Notes: a model not told the origin generated them from the letters alone. 64,000 bases of DNA from a virus (IMGVR_UViG_3300044630_004720), one strand, 5' to 3'. Counted from the stretch's first letter, positions 9,714 to 18,479 are shown. Numbers and translations are program-made.

Positions 9714-9719
9714 TAATTA

Positions 9720-11096
9720 ATGAACAATTGGTTTAGTAAAAATTACAAAACATTAATTATCGCCGCGTTTTTGATTCCAATCATCACCGTGGCGATAGTT
9801 TCTATTTCACACGTTACCAAATGGTACGGAATATCAAATCCCGTTACTTGGTCCGTGTATCTATCCATTGGTGTTGAGATTGCGGCATTATCGGCACTTG
9901 CAGCAATATCGGCTAATATGGGTAAAAAAGTATATTTCCCATTTGCAATTGTAACACTTGTACAATTCATTGGTAACATATTTTTTGCATATTCATTTAT
10001 TGATATTAATTCACAATCATTTAAAGATTGGGTTGGTTTGGTTTCACCATTGGTGGAGTTTATGGGGGTAGAACCAACAGATTTTGTTGGTCATAAAAGA
10101 TTTTTAGCATTTTTTGCTGGTGGTATGTTACCAATCATCTCACTTTCATTCCTCCATATGTTAGTTAAGTTTACAGAAGAAGATAGATTAAAACAATCAA
10201 CTCAAGATAAACCAAAAGAAGAACCTATTGTAGACCCAAGTGAATTTGCAAGAGTTCATTTATCAGAGAATGATTTAAAAGTGTTGGAGGAAGCATTATT
10301 AAATCCACCACCCCCAAATGAAGCCTTAATTAAAGCTGCCGAAAAATATAAAGAAATGACCGATGAGGAAATTTTGAAAAAGGCGGAACAAATCAAATTA
10401 CAAAGAACTTGGGATATTGTTACAAAAGTAACCAGAGATAGAGAAGAGAAATTCGGACCAATGAATCCTGAAGATGAACCGTTTGGGCCTTTGGCAAATT
10501 CCGAACATCGAGAAAAACAAGAGTCTATCTTTCCAGAAGAGGTTGAATATTCTGACGAATATTTTAAGCCGTCATATACATTTACTGAGAACCCAACACA
10601 AGAAGAACGTAAACAAATTCTCATCGATATGATGCAACAAGACCAAGAGTTGGGATTGTATGATGAACCGTTTGATAATCCAATGGTTACGGAACCTGAT
10701 GAAGTTATTCCTGCATTATCTGATGAAGAAGTAAGAGAAATGTTTATGGATGAGTGGGAAAATAAGTACGATTTAGTTGAAGAAGATGAAGAAGAACCTA
10801 ATTATGTTCCGTCATTTGAAGAACAAAACCAAAACTTTAACTCATTCGTCGTTCCTGTTGTGAATGATGAACCCGAAACAACGCCTGAACCAATTGTCAC
10901 CCCTCAAGAAGTACAACGTATTAACTTGGATGTGGAGTTAATAAATCAAACATTGGAACAAGCCAATCAAATTATAGATACACCCGAAATAGAGGTTGAA
11001 GTGTCTAACAATTGGAACGAACCACAAGTGGAAGAGCAAGTTCAATCCCCTCAAGAAACCGAGGAGGAGTTAAAAAAAAAAGTTCAGAACAGTTAG
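9720..11096 (+). CDS. Multi-pass membrane protein with long acidic tail
   Basis: About 4 TM segments in the first 150 aa, then E/D/P-rich disordered tail ending at an A10 run. Confidence 0.75.
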   Translation: MNNWFSKNYKTLIIAAFLIPIITVAIVSISHVTKWYGISNPVTWSVYLSIGVEIAALSALAAISANMGKKVYFPFAIVTLVQFIGNIFFAYSFIDINSQSFKDWVGLVSPLVEFMGVEPTDFVGHKRFLAFFAGGMLPIISLSFLHMLVKFTEEDRLKQSTQDKPKEEPIVDPSEFARVHLSENDLKVLEEALLNPPPPNEALIKAAEKYKEMTDEEILKKAEQIKLQRTWDIVTKVTRDREEKFGPMNPEDEPFGPLANSEHREKQESIFPEEVEYSDEYFKPSYTFTENPTQEERKQILIDMMQQDQELGLYDEPFDNPMVTEPDEVIPALSDEEVREMFMDEWENKYDLVEEDEEEPNYVPSFEEQNQNFNSFVVPVVNDEPETTPEPIVTPQEVQRINLDVELINQTLEQANQIIDTPEIEVEVSNNWNEPQVEEQVQSPQETEEELKKKVQNS

Positions 11097-11338
11097 TAGA
11101 AGAAGAATCGGAAACTACTTTTTTGTCGACACAAACCCCTTCTGAAATTGACGAACTTTATTTAGAATCAGATGAAGAGAACCCTCTTCAGATAATTTAT
11201 GACTTAGACAACGATAGGGTTATTGTACCCACTTCCGAGGAAGATAGTTCAATTTTGGACGAACAATCACCGTCTGAACCAATAAGAAAAACCTTCAAGA
11301 GAAATGTTGGAAATTCAAGACGTAGGAATTCTCGATGA
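11012..11338 (+). CDS. Acidic ORF, probably the frameshift extension of 9720..11096
   Basis: Only a TTG start; sequence is acidic and protein-like only downstream of the A10 run. Confidence 0.5.
   Translation: MERTTSGRASSIPSRNRGGVKKKSSEQLVEEESETTFLSTQTPSEIDELYLESDEENPLQIIYDLDNDRVIVPTSEEDSSILDEQSPSEPIRKTFKRNVGNSRRRNSR
11072..11081 (+). other. A10 slippery site, candidate -1 frameshift joining 9720..11096 to 11012..11338
   Basis: TTA AAA AAA AAA GTT in frame 0; the -1 frame stays open to 11338 with the same acidic composition. Confidence 0.55.
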
Positions 11339-11918
11339 GAATGAGTTAAACGTAGTTAAAAGAACAAGTAAAAAGACTCAAATTTTATTATACGATACTC
11401 AAAGAAGAACCGATAATTTCGTTGCGAAGTTAAAAAACAGGAAGAACGGTAAGTACGAAGACATCCCACATTACATTATAACGAAGTTAGGAGTCATTTA
11501 CAGGGTCTTTGATACCAAGTACAGTTCCAACACCTTTAACGACCCTAAAGTCGATAAAAAACAGATTAAAATTGCTTTGGAGAACCTTGGTTGGTTAAAT
11601 AAAAACACCATATCGGGGTTCTTGGTCAATTGGATTGGAGACCCATATAGGTCTGAACCGCACATTCGTAATTGGAGAGGCCATTATTTTTGGGATAAGT
11701 ACACTGATGAGCAGAAAACCTCATTGGTGAGACTTTGTACTTTTTTGTGTATGAAACACGATATCCCCTATCAAACAGTACCATCGCAGGGTTTTATAGA
11801 AAACCTATCTAAATTCAAGGGGATTGTATGCAAATCAAACTTTCTGAATATTTATACAGATATAAACCCATCATTCGATTTTAGAATATTTTATAACGAT
11901 GCAAAAGACAAAAAATAG
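11304..11918 (+). CDS. N-acetylmuramoyl-L-alanine amidase (Amidase_2)-like, catalytic residues degenerate
   Basis: HYIITKLGVIY, IKIALENLG, YTDEQ..SL..L, D.NP motifs; first Zn His site reads LLYDT. Confidence 0.65.
   Translation: MLEIQDVGILDENELNVVKRTSKKTQILLYDTQRRTDNFVAKLKNRKNGKYEDIPHYIITKLGVIYRVFDTKYSSNTFNDPKVDKKQIKIALENLGWLNKNTISGFLVNWIGDPYRSEPHIRNWRGHYFWDKYTDEQKTSLVRLCTFLCMKHDIPYQTVPSQGFIENLSKFKGIVCKSNFLNIYTDINPSFDFRIFYNDAKDKK
11849..11856 (+). promoter_or_regulatory. TATTTATA promoter-like motif
   Basis: Inside the amidase 3' end, 42 nt upstream of ATG 11899. Confidence 0.35.
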
Positions 11919-12438
11919 TTACGATGAGATAAAAGGGATGTTGAAGACTATGAGAAGTTTCAACAGACCAAACTCATACGGTAGTCTCAAAGAGGAAATA
12001 CAGCCACAACAACCACAAAATCCGGTACCGGCAGGTAATGACCAACAACAATCAGGAGAGGAAAAGAAAGATTTTACCATTGTTAACAATGTTGAAGTTC
12101 GTTTTAATTCAACGGATAGTACCGATTTACAATTAAAAGACGATGAAAAAACAAAAATTTCAGGTCTAATTGACGCTTTTCGTACCGAAGTTTCTGAATT
12201 AACTGAGTTTGGTAAACTTAATGTCTATCCTGATAGTGTAAAATTAGAAGGTAGAGTTGGAAATCTAAATTTAGATTTTATGTTGTCAGCTGGTGATGAT
12301 AATGGAACTTATTTGTCAAACACATCACTTTTAAAATTGACTCCTGAAATTATGGATATGTTGAACAAACTCAAAAAATTTGAGACAAAGTTCACTGATG
12401 AGATGAATAACTTAATATTAACAAGAAGACAAAATTAA
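11899..12438 (+). CDS. Hypothetical protein, possible virion/head-internal
   Basis: SLKEE motif after a short N-terminal segment, PQ-rich linker. Confidence 0.65.
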   Translation: MQKTKNSYDEIKGMLKTMRSFNRPNSYGSLKEEIQPQQPQNPVPAGNDQQQSGEEKKDFTIVNNVEVRFNSTDSTDLQLKDDEKTKISGLIDAFRTEVSELTEFGKLNVYPDSVKLEGRVGNLNLDFMLSAGDDNGTYLSNTSLLKLTPEIMDMLNKLKKFETKFTDEMNNLILTRRQN

Positions 12439-12439
12439 T

Positions 12440-12679
12440 ATGCCATTAACATCTGCAGATAAAGCCGAAGTTGAAAAGATAGCCCGTAAAGAGATTAAAG
12501 ACTTTATGGATAGTACTCAAGCTCAAAATCTTGTCGTTAAAATAATTCAAAAAGAATTAGGAACTAAAAAAATAGACGATAAAATTGTGGACTTGTCTAC
12601 TAAGGTGGTTGTGGAGTTATTCAAAACTCTTTGGCAAAGAAAGTCATTTTGGGAAACATCATTAAAAAATGTTAGATAA
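12440..12679 (+). CDS. Hypothetical helical protein
   Basis: ATG, tightly packed in operon. Confidence 0.65.
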   Translation: MPLTSADKAEVEKIARKEIKDFMDSTQAQNLVVKIIQKELGTKKIDDKIVDLSTKVVVELFKTLWQRKSFWETSLKNVR

Positions 12680-13517
12680 TTTAAAATATAGAAAACCCAA
12701 CTTCAGCCGAGAATGGTTAGAAGCTAACAGATATCCTGAATTTCAAGATATAGGGAAATCAGGATGGTTAGAACTTGCACCAAATGGAAGTGTTGTAAGA
12801 TATTCAAACATTAAGGATGTTCTTGGGAATGTTAATTTAGATTTTGATTCATTAGAAAAAGATAAAAAACAGAGATTTATTGAGGACTATAAAACAGGTA
12901 TAATTGAAGTACCTATTGCCGTTAAATTTAATGATTTCGAATATGATTTATTGGGTGGTAACACCAGATTAGCGGGATTAGTTAGAATAGGTCACGACCC
13001 TAAGATTTGGGTAGTCCAAGCACCTGGTTGGGATTATGATGATTCTGAAGAATCTCTTGGTGGAGAAATGGAAACCAACGAAGTTACGGGAGCATTATCT
13101 TCAGGTGCATATGTTGGTGCGATGACTATGACAAAAGGTGATGTTGAAAAAATACACAACTCTAAATTGAATGAAGCAATTGATTCAGGAGTATCCGCGG
13201 GTGCCGCATATGATGTTCCTTTATTCGGTGCTAACCCAAGGGGAGGACGTAAGGACCCACTTAAAATAGATGGACCTGAGAGTATTGGTAAGGGAAGAGC
13301 GGTTAAAGATAAAAACTTTCCGAAATGGGGAGGACCCGGTGGTGTATTCATTAAAATCAAAGAAAAGTGTAAAAAATTCCCTTATTGTAATCAGGGAGAC
13401 ATAAATAACATTGAGATTCTTCGTGAATCAATAAATGAACTATCCAAAAAACACGGATTATCTACTCAACAAGTGGAAAATATCGTATTAAAAGGAATTA
13501 AAGATATATTTATTTAG
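12669..13517 (+). CDS. ParB/Srx-like N-terminal domain fused to a Glu-motif region
   Basis: PIAVK...DLLGGNTRLAGL ParB-like motif; LNEA, LRES motifs in C-terminal half. Confidence 0.6.
   Translation: MLDNLKYRKPNFSREWLEANRYPEFQDIGKSGWLELAPNGSVVRYSNIKDVLGNVNLDFDSLEKDKKQRFIEDYKTGIIEVPIAVKFNDFEYDLLGGNTRLAGLVRIGHDPKIWVVQAPGWDYDDSEESLGGEMETNEVTGALSSGAYVGAMTMTKGDVEKIHNSKLNEAIDSGVSAGAAYDVPLFGANPRGGRKDPLKIDGPESIGKGRAVKDKNFPKWGGPGGVFIKIKEKCKKFPYCNQGDINNIEILRESINELSKKHGLSTQQVENIVLKGIKDIFI
13507..13513 (+). promoter_or_regulatory. TATTTAT promoter-like motif
   Basis: Overlaps the previous stop region, 5 nt upstream of ATG 13519. Confidence 0.4.
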
Positions 13518-13518
13518 T

Positions 13519-15057
13519 ATGAAATCTAATGAATTAAATGACATCATATCAAGAGTTCTTGAAGAAGAAGTAAAGAACGCAATACTTTCCGAATCTAAAA
13601 AAGATAAAAAGGTTGTTTATCACGTTACTTGTGAAGGTGAACCGTTAGCAACATTTAATACTTTAGATGAAGCTAAACAATGGTGTGAGGAAAACAAACA
13701 CAGTAAAGAGCTTAAGGGAAAGAAGAAGTTATTGATAGATAAGAAAACATATAACTCTTATGAAGATATGATTGAGACATTAGATGAAATGGGTAAACAA
13801 TTAGAAGAAAAAGAAAATACAGATATGAAAAACCAAGACACAAACGAAAACTTTGGATACGCAGCAATGATGGGGTGTAAAGGAGGTGAAGATGAATTTG
13901 AATTCCCTAAAGGTAGCGGTAAAAAACACAAATGCACCACAACAATGAAAGAATTAGAAGAGGAAGAAGGAATGTGCGAAGGTGCAGGTTGTTCTGGCGA
14001 TGTAATGGAAACCCAAGAAGTTTGTGAAACTTGTGGATGTAAAGAGTGTGAGTGTGGTAAAAAAGAAACCAAAGAAGGATTAAAAGGAAAACAAAAAAAC
14101 TTAGATGTTGATGGTGATGGAGATATTGAGGGTGACGATTTAGAGGATTTAAGAAAAGGTAAGAAAACTAAAAAGATAAACGAGAATTTCAGACCAGGGG
14201 TTGATTTAGGTAAATCATTTGAAAAATTCAAATTACAAATGAAAGATGATGATATGTCTGAACCACTTGATGATTTTGATACTCAAATACAACCAGAAGA
14301 AATGCCGGGTAGTTCAACACACGACGACCACGAAGATTTCTTTAATCAGGCTAAACAAGAGATTGAAGAAGGTGATAAAGGTTTGTGTGAAGAATGTGGC
14401 ACAATGTTGAATGAAGAAGGTATGTGTTTGGAATGTGGTGGAGGAAAGATGTATGAGTCTAAGAAATCTGTAAAAGTTAGACTTACAGAAGCCGAATTAA
14501 TGGAAATGATTACTAAAATTGTTAAAGAATCAGTACCCGGTTTAGAAGCAGTAAAAAGAGCTCATAGTCAAGCGGACGATAAAGATTTAAAAGATTCTGG
14601 AGAGAAAATAATAAATTATTTAAAGTTCTCAGGAAATACCAACCCTGAATTCCCACAACAAGTTGGTGAAGATAAAGAAAAGGAAGCGTATAGAAATACG
14701 AAAGATGAGAATGAATATGTAGACACTTACAGAGGTAAAGGTTTACAAGATTTAGATTACGATAACAAACCTTCAAAAGAGTTTATCGAAAGATTGAGAA
14801 TGGCTTTAGAAGGTGACCCTAAAATGGGTAATGGACAAAAAGACACCGCAAATACTATTCCAAGTAATGTTGGAAAGGATTTGTATAATTCAATAGATAA
14901 GGAAAAAGAAAAAAGGGAAGAAGAATTAGTTTCATATGTAAAGGACCCAGCACCTACCACAGATGTAAACGAATCTGAAAAGAAGTCAAAAGAAGTAGTT
15001 CTTGAAGAAATTAAGAGAATGAAAGATATGGCATCTTATAATAAGAAAACTCAGTAA
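13519..15057 (+). CDS. Large acidic protein with [LIV]xE motifs, CxxC clusters and an EF-hand-like loop; possible internal head/scaffold protein
   Basis: LSES, INEN, LTEAEL..I.KIVKES, VNES; CEECG..CLECG; DVDGDGDIEGDD. Confidence 0.65.
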   Translation: MKSNELNDIISRVLEEEVKNAILSESKKDKKVVYHVTCEGEPLATFNTLDEAKQWCEENKHSKELKGKKKLLIDKKTYNSYEDMIETLDEMGKQLEEKENTDMKNQDTNENFGYAAMMGCKGGEDEFEFPKGSGKKHKCTTTMKELEEEEGMCEGAGCSGDVMETQEVCETCGCKECECGKKETKEGLKGKQKNLDVDGDGDIEGDDLEDLRKGKKTKKINENFRPGVDLGKSFEKFKLQMKDDDMSEPLDDFDTQIQPEEMPGSSTHDDHEDFFNQAKQEIEEGDKGLCEECGTMLNEEGMCLECGGGKMYESKKSVKVRLTEAELMEMITKIVKESVPGLEAVKRAHSQADDKDLKDSGEKIINYLKFSGNTNPEFPQQVGEDKEKEAYRNTKDENEYVDTYRGKGLQDLDYDNKPSKEFIERLRMALEGDPKMGNGQKDTANTIPSNVGKDLYNSIDKEKEKREEELVSYVKDPAPTTDVNESEKKSKEVVLEEIKRMKDMASYNKKTQ

Positions 15058-15084
15058 TCGTCTTCTTTTTGTTTTCTTTTATTC

Positions 15085-15092
15085 TTATATTT
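15085..15092 (+). promoter_or_regulatory. TTATATTT promoter-like motif
   Basis: After a T-rich tract, 16 nt upstream of ATG 15109. Confidence 0.45.
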
Positions 15093-15108
15093 TAGTTATA
15101 GGATTTAT

Positions 15109-15564
15109 ATGGAAAACAGAGAAGGATATATTGAGTTTTTAACTTCGGAAAGTAATAAAAATCAAATCGACATTTGGTATAAGGCTTATAATATAACTCT
15201 TGAAAAAACAGAGTTATATTATGATTTTTTAATTGGTCTATTAGATTTAATCGAAACTACCTACTTAGGTGGAGACGTTCTTAATACACAAGAAAACATA
15301 AAGAATCATTTCGATTGGTGTTTTCAAAAAATCATCACAAATTTTACAAAAGAAGGTATTGAGTTCAAAGAAAGAGGACCTCACTATGAATATTTGTGGT
15401 TATTCTTTTATGAGGCGTTCTACATAAATGATTTAGAAGGTAATATAAATAGAATACGTGAATACTTTTATAAATTATTTACCTTTAATTATAAGAAGAC
15501 TCGCTCCGAGTTAGATATGCTGACAGAACTTTATAAATTGTTAGACCAAAACTTGAAAAAGTAA
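15109..15564 (+). CDS. Hypothetical protein
   Basis: 151 aa ORF, ATG, upstream promoter motif. Confidence 0.7.
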   Translation: MENREGYIEFLTSESNKNQIDIWYKAYNITLEKTELYYDFLIGLLDLIETTYLGGDVLNTQENIKNHFDWCFQKIITNFTKEGIEFKERGPHYEYLWLFFYEAFYINDLEGNINRIREYFYKLFTFNYKKTRSELDMLTELYKLLDQNLKK

Positions 15565-15606
15565 AATTTATTCCATATATTGGTATTAAAAACCAAATAA
15601 AATGAT

Positions 15607-15795
15607 ATGGAAACTTTAAAAAAAATCAAGGACTTGGTTGAAAAAATGTCTGTCGATACCCATAAAGTTTATGAGAAAGGAAATCGTAGTGCATCTATAC
15701 GTGCCAGAAAGTACGCTCAAGAAATAAAACAATTAATTGGAGTATATAGACGAGAAGTCTTGGAGGAAATTAAAAAATATGATACAGAAAGTTGA
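15607..15795 (+). CDS. Histone H1-like Hc1 family protein (Bacteroidota type)
   Basis: EKGNRSASIRARKYAQEIK matches the recalled KGNKAAGTRARK Hc1 pattern. Confidence 0.7.
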   Translation: METLKKIKDLVEKMSVDTHKVYEKGNRSASIRARKYAQEIKQLIGVYRREVLEEIKKYDTES

Positions 15796-15970
15796 GTTGT
15801 TCCTTCTTGTTTTAAGTTTTGTTTATTGTTTCAAATTTATATTTGAATTCATAACAGCTTTAAAAGAAGATAACCCCGAACCGATTACAGTGTCGAATAC
15901 TGAACGTGTGTTTTTATACTTAGCGGTTGCGTATATAATAACATCACTAATAAACTTATTTATAAATTAA
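15779..15970 (+). CDS. Small two-TM membrane protein
   Basis: ATG 15779 in the frame of track ORF 15737; two hydrophobic helices. Confidence 0.6.
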   Translation: MIQKVELFLLVLSFVYCFKFIFEFITALKEDNPEPITVSNTERVFLYLAVAYIITSLINLFIN

Positions 15971-15976
15971 GAAATA

Positions 15977-16408
15977 GTGTACGAAAACATAAAAGGATTA
16001 AGACCTTACTTTTTTTCACTTCGTGAAATTGATAACAATGTCAGTCTTGACATTAAATTTCCATTGACTTGGAAATATGAGAGCATCATTTCACAATATA
16101 AATTAGTTAAGGCCAAAGTTCAAGATAAGAATGATAAGTTTCATTTGGTGTCCTTAGTATCAACAGCAACACAAGAGGGATATGATGTAGTTTTTGCTTG
16201 TGCTGGAGAAGTGATAGTAGTAAACAAAGAAGAGGAAGAAAAACAAAGACTATTTCACGCAAAAGTTAAGGAGTTACAGGCATTATTTCAAAATCAGTCA
16301 TTAGACAAATTAAAAGAAATTAGTTTTATTGATACTTATGGACAAGAAGATTCAACAGGGTCTGGAGTGGTTGGAGAAGGAGAGGACGAAGGACAAGAAA
16401 GAGATTAA
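15977..16408 (+). CDS. Hypothetical protein
   Basis: GTG start, 143 aa, operonic packing. Confidence 0.65.
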   Translation: MYENIKGLRPYFFSLREIDNNVSLDIKFPLTWKYESIISQYKLVKAKVQDKNDKFHLVSLVSTATQEGYDVVFACAGEVIVVNKEEEEKQRLFHAKVKELQALFQNQSLDKLKEISFIDTYGQEDSTGSGVVGEGEDEGQERD

Positions 16409-16541
16409 CAACCACAAAGAAAAAATGATTAAAGAAATTAAATCATTAGATAAAACAAAGATGTTTGAAAAACCCGAAAAACCAAAAATATCTTTGTTTA
16501 AAAAAATTCTACTAATATTGGGTTATGGAAAAAAAGGGTGA
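16338..16541 (+). CDS. Hypothetical Lys-rich protein
   Basis: ATG 16338, overlaps neighbours. Confidence 0.55.
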   Translation: MDKKIQQGLEWLEKERTKDKKEINNHKEKMIKEIKSLDKTKMFEKPEKPKISLFKKILLILGYGKKG

Positions 16542-16758
16542 TTTTTTAAATCAGATTGCAATCATATCCGACTTATTAGAAAAAATTAATACAGAATCCG
16601 AATCAAAAACTATTATATTCGAACTAAACGATTCTGAGTTTAGTAGAATTCATAAATTGATAAACGAAAAAACAAAAGGAAATATTACAACCGTTAAAAA
16701 TAAATTTTCAATAGTGGTTGGTGAGGTCAATATTATTTTTAGTAAGAGTAGTGTCTAA
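16525..16758 (+). CDS. Hypothetical protein
   Basis: 77 aa ORF converging on a minus-strand gene. Confidence 0.6.
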   Translation: MEKKGDFLNQIAIISDLLEKINTESESKTIIFELNDSEFSRIHKLINEKTKGNITTVKNKFSIVVGEVNIIFSKSSV

Positions 16759-17377
16759 ACAATTCAGTTCTTTTATATCCCTTTTCCACCAGTAAATTAT
16801 ACAATAACTTTCTTTGATGTGTGGTTATGTCTTTCACAAAGATAAAGTTACTTTTCTTCCTTTTTAATAAATCATCACGGATAATTGCAAATAATCTATC
16901 CGAATCATCCAAGTTCTTGTTACCGAACATTTTCACATTATTATCAACTTGTAAAAATATTTTATTATTTAAAGTGAAAACTTGTGCAATGTCTTTTACT
17001 GAAATAAATTGTTCAATTAGTTCGTGATATCTAATTCTTTTTTTTGCATCAAAGTCATAAACTAATTCTTCAACCCAATAAGGTATCAGTTCTTTAATTC
17101 TTTGTTTGTCATTATCAATTGTAGCCTCTAAATTTCTCCCCATATCATCTTTAATGAAGGTTTTAGTTGACCATCTAGTGTTAGGAAAAATTAATGCTAA
17201 TTCGTAATTGGTGGATTCTCTTTTTCGACCTGAATTTGTTTTGACGTATGGTGGTTTTTTCTCTGTTTTTAGTTCACGCCAAATTTCTAAAATGGTAGAC
17301 CTCTTAGCTGATTTGTGAATGATTTTTTGTTTCTTTCGGTTACAATATAGATATATAAAATATTTGTAATTAATCAT
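16739..17377 (-). CDS. Hypothetical basic protein (track labels it +, but it is on the minus strand)
   Basis: MINYKYF reads from cat at 17375-17377 on the reverse complement; stop tta at 16739-16741. Confidence 0.75.
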   Translation of the reverse strand: MINYKYFIYLYCNRKKQKIIHKSAKRSTILEIWRELKTEKKPPYVKTNSGRKRESTNYELALIFPNTRWSTKTFIKDDMGRNLEATIDNDKQRIKELIPYWVEELVYDFDAKKRIRYHELIEQFISVKDIAQVFTLNNKIFLQVDNNVKMFGNKNLDDSDRLFAIIRDDLLKRKKSNFIFVKDITTHQRKLLYNLLVEKGYKRTELFRHYSY

Positions 17378-17526
17378 AGAAACTTACCTATTAATGTAAC
17401 CAAACCATAAATTGCCAACGTACCACCAACTAAAATACCCAACAAAACCATCTTTGTGATTCTGTCGGTTTTTTCGATGAATCTTTCTTGCTCATCTCTC
17501 GCTTTTTTACATTCTGAACACGCCAT
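17374..17526 (-). CDS. 50 aa membrane protein with N-terminal CxxC (not in track)
   Basis: MACSECKKARDEQERFIEKTDRITKMVLLGILVGGTLAIYGLVTLIGKFL; ATGA overlap with the next gene; TTATATTT motif upstream. Confidence 0.65.
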   Translation of the reverse strand: MACSECKKARDEQERFIEKTDRITKMVLLGILVGGTLAIYGLVTLIGKFL

Positions 17527-17530
17527 AATA

Positions 17531-17538
17531 AAATATAA
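17531..17538 (-). promoter_or_regulatory. TTATATTT promoter-like motif with TTTG 20 nt upstream
   Basis: Minus strand tttg-N20-tatattt, 4 nt before ATG 17526; Bacteroidota -33/-7-like spacing. Confidence 0.5.
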
Positions 17539-17588
17539 CTATATTTCAATTAAAAATCAAACCAATTTCTTTTTCCAATTTTTTTTGT

Positions 17589-17596
17589 TTATATTT
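17589..17596 (+). promoter_or_regulatory. TTATATTT promoter-like motif
   Basis: 19 nt upstream of ATG 17616, divergent from the 17531 site. Confidence 0.45.
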
Positions 17597-17615
17597 TTTT
17601 TATAAGCGAAAAAAT

Positions 17616-18452
17616 ATGATTTCATACATTGGAGGAAAAGCCAGAATTGGTAAGTGGATAAAAGAATATATTCCGCAGGACATCGAAACGTATGTGGAGG
17701 GATTTTCAGGTATGTTTTGGGTCTTTTTTAATATGGACTTAAAGAAATACCCAAACCTTAAGACTGTTGTATATAACGACTATAATAGGTTAAATCATAA
17801 CCTAATGAAATGGGCTAAAGACTATGATGTTTTGTGGGAAGGGTTGTCACATTACCCCTGTCAACAATTGGGTGTTGTTGATACCCCACCTCAGTATGGA
17901 CAAATGTTCAATCAATATCAACAAGAGATATTTGATGAGAACTTAGTTATTACTGATGAGAATAGTTTAGAGATTGCGTGTAAATACGTTTATGTATTAG
18001 GTCAGGTGTTTTCCGGTTCTAAACCTGAAACCGCGTCCTATATGGATTACAAGGGAAAGTACAGATGTAAGGTTTTAGTTTTTATGGATAAATTAAAAAA
18101 TCCAAAGTATCGTGAACACTTTGACAAAATAACATTTGTTGAAAATAAGGACTTTCAAGAAGTGGTTGAAAAATATGATTCACCTACAACTTACTTCTAT
18201 ATGGACCCACCATATTGGAAGACTGAAAACTATTATTCAAATCACGATTTTGATGTGAATGACCACACAAGACTTGCGGAATGTATCAAAGGTATTCAAG
18301 GTAAATTCAGTCTATCATATTATGATTTTCCACAATTATCACAATGGTTCCCTAAAGACCAATATAGATGGGAACAGAAAGATTTTAGTAAAGCCGCGTC
18401 AACTAAAAAGGAAAAGAATATGGGAACAGAACTTCTAATTATGAACTACTAA
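17616..18452 (+). CDS. D12-class (Dam-family) N6-adenine DNA methyltransferase
   Basis: SYIGGK, EGFSG motif I, VYND, YMDPPY motif IV. Confidence 0.9.
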   Translation: MISYIGGKARIGKWIKEYIPQDIETYVEGFSGMFWVFFNMDLKKYPNLKTVVYNDYNRLNHNLMKWAKDYDVLWEGLSHYPCQQLGVVDTPPQYGQMFNQYQQEIFDENLVITDENSLEIACKYVYVLGQVFSGSKPETASYMDYKGKYRCKVLVFMDKLKNPKYREHFDKITFVENKDFQEVVEKYDSPTTYFYMDPPYWKTENYYSNHDFDVNDHTRLAECIKGIQGKFSLSYYDFPQLSQWFPKDQYRWEQKDFSKAASTKKEKNMGTELLIMNY

Positions 18453-18457
18453 GTTCA

Positions 18458-18464
18458 TATTTAT
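18458..18464 (+). promoter_or_regulatory. TATTTAT promoter-like motif
   Basis: Intergenic, 15 nt upstream of nusG. Confidence 0.45.
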
Positions 18465-18479
18465 TAAAATATACAGTTT

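Noticed and set aside
16739-17377. ORF track labels this gene as + strand
   Set aside because: The listed protein reads only from the reverse complement (start cat 17375-17377, stop tta 16739-16741); reported as minus
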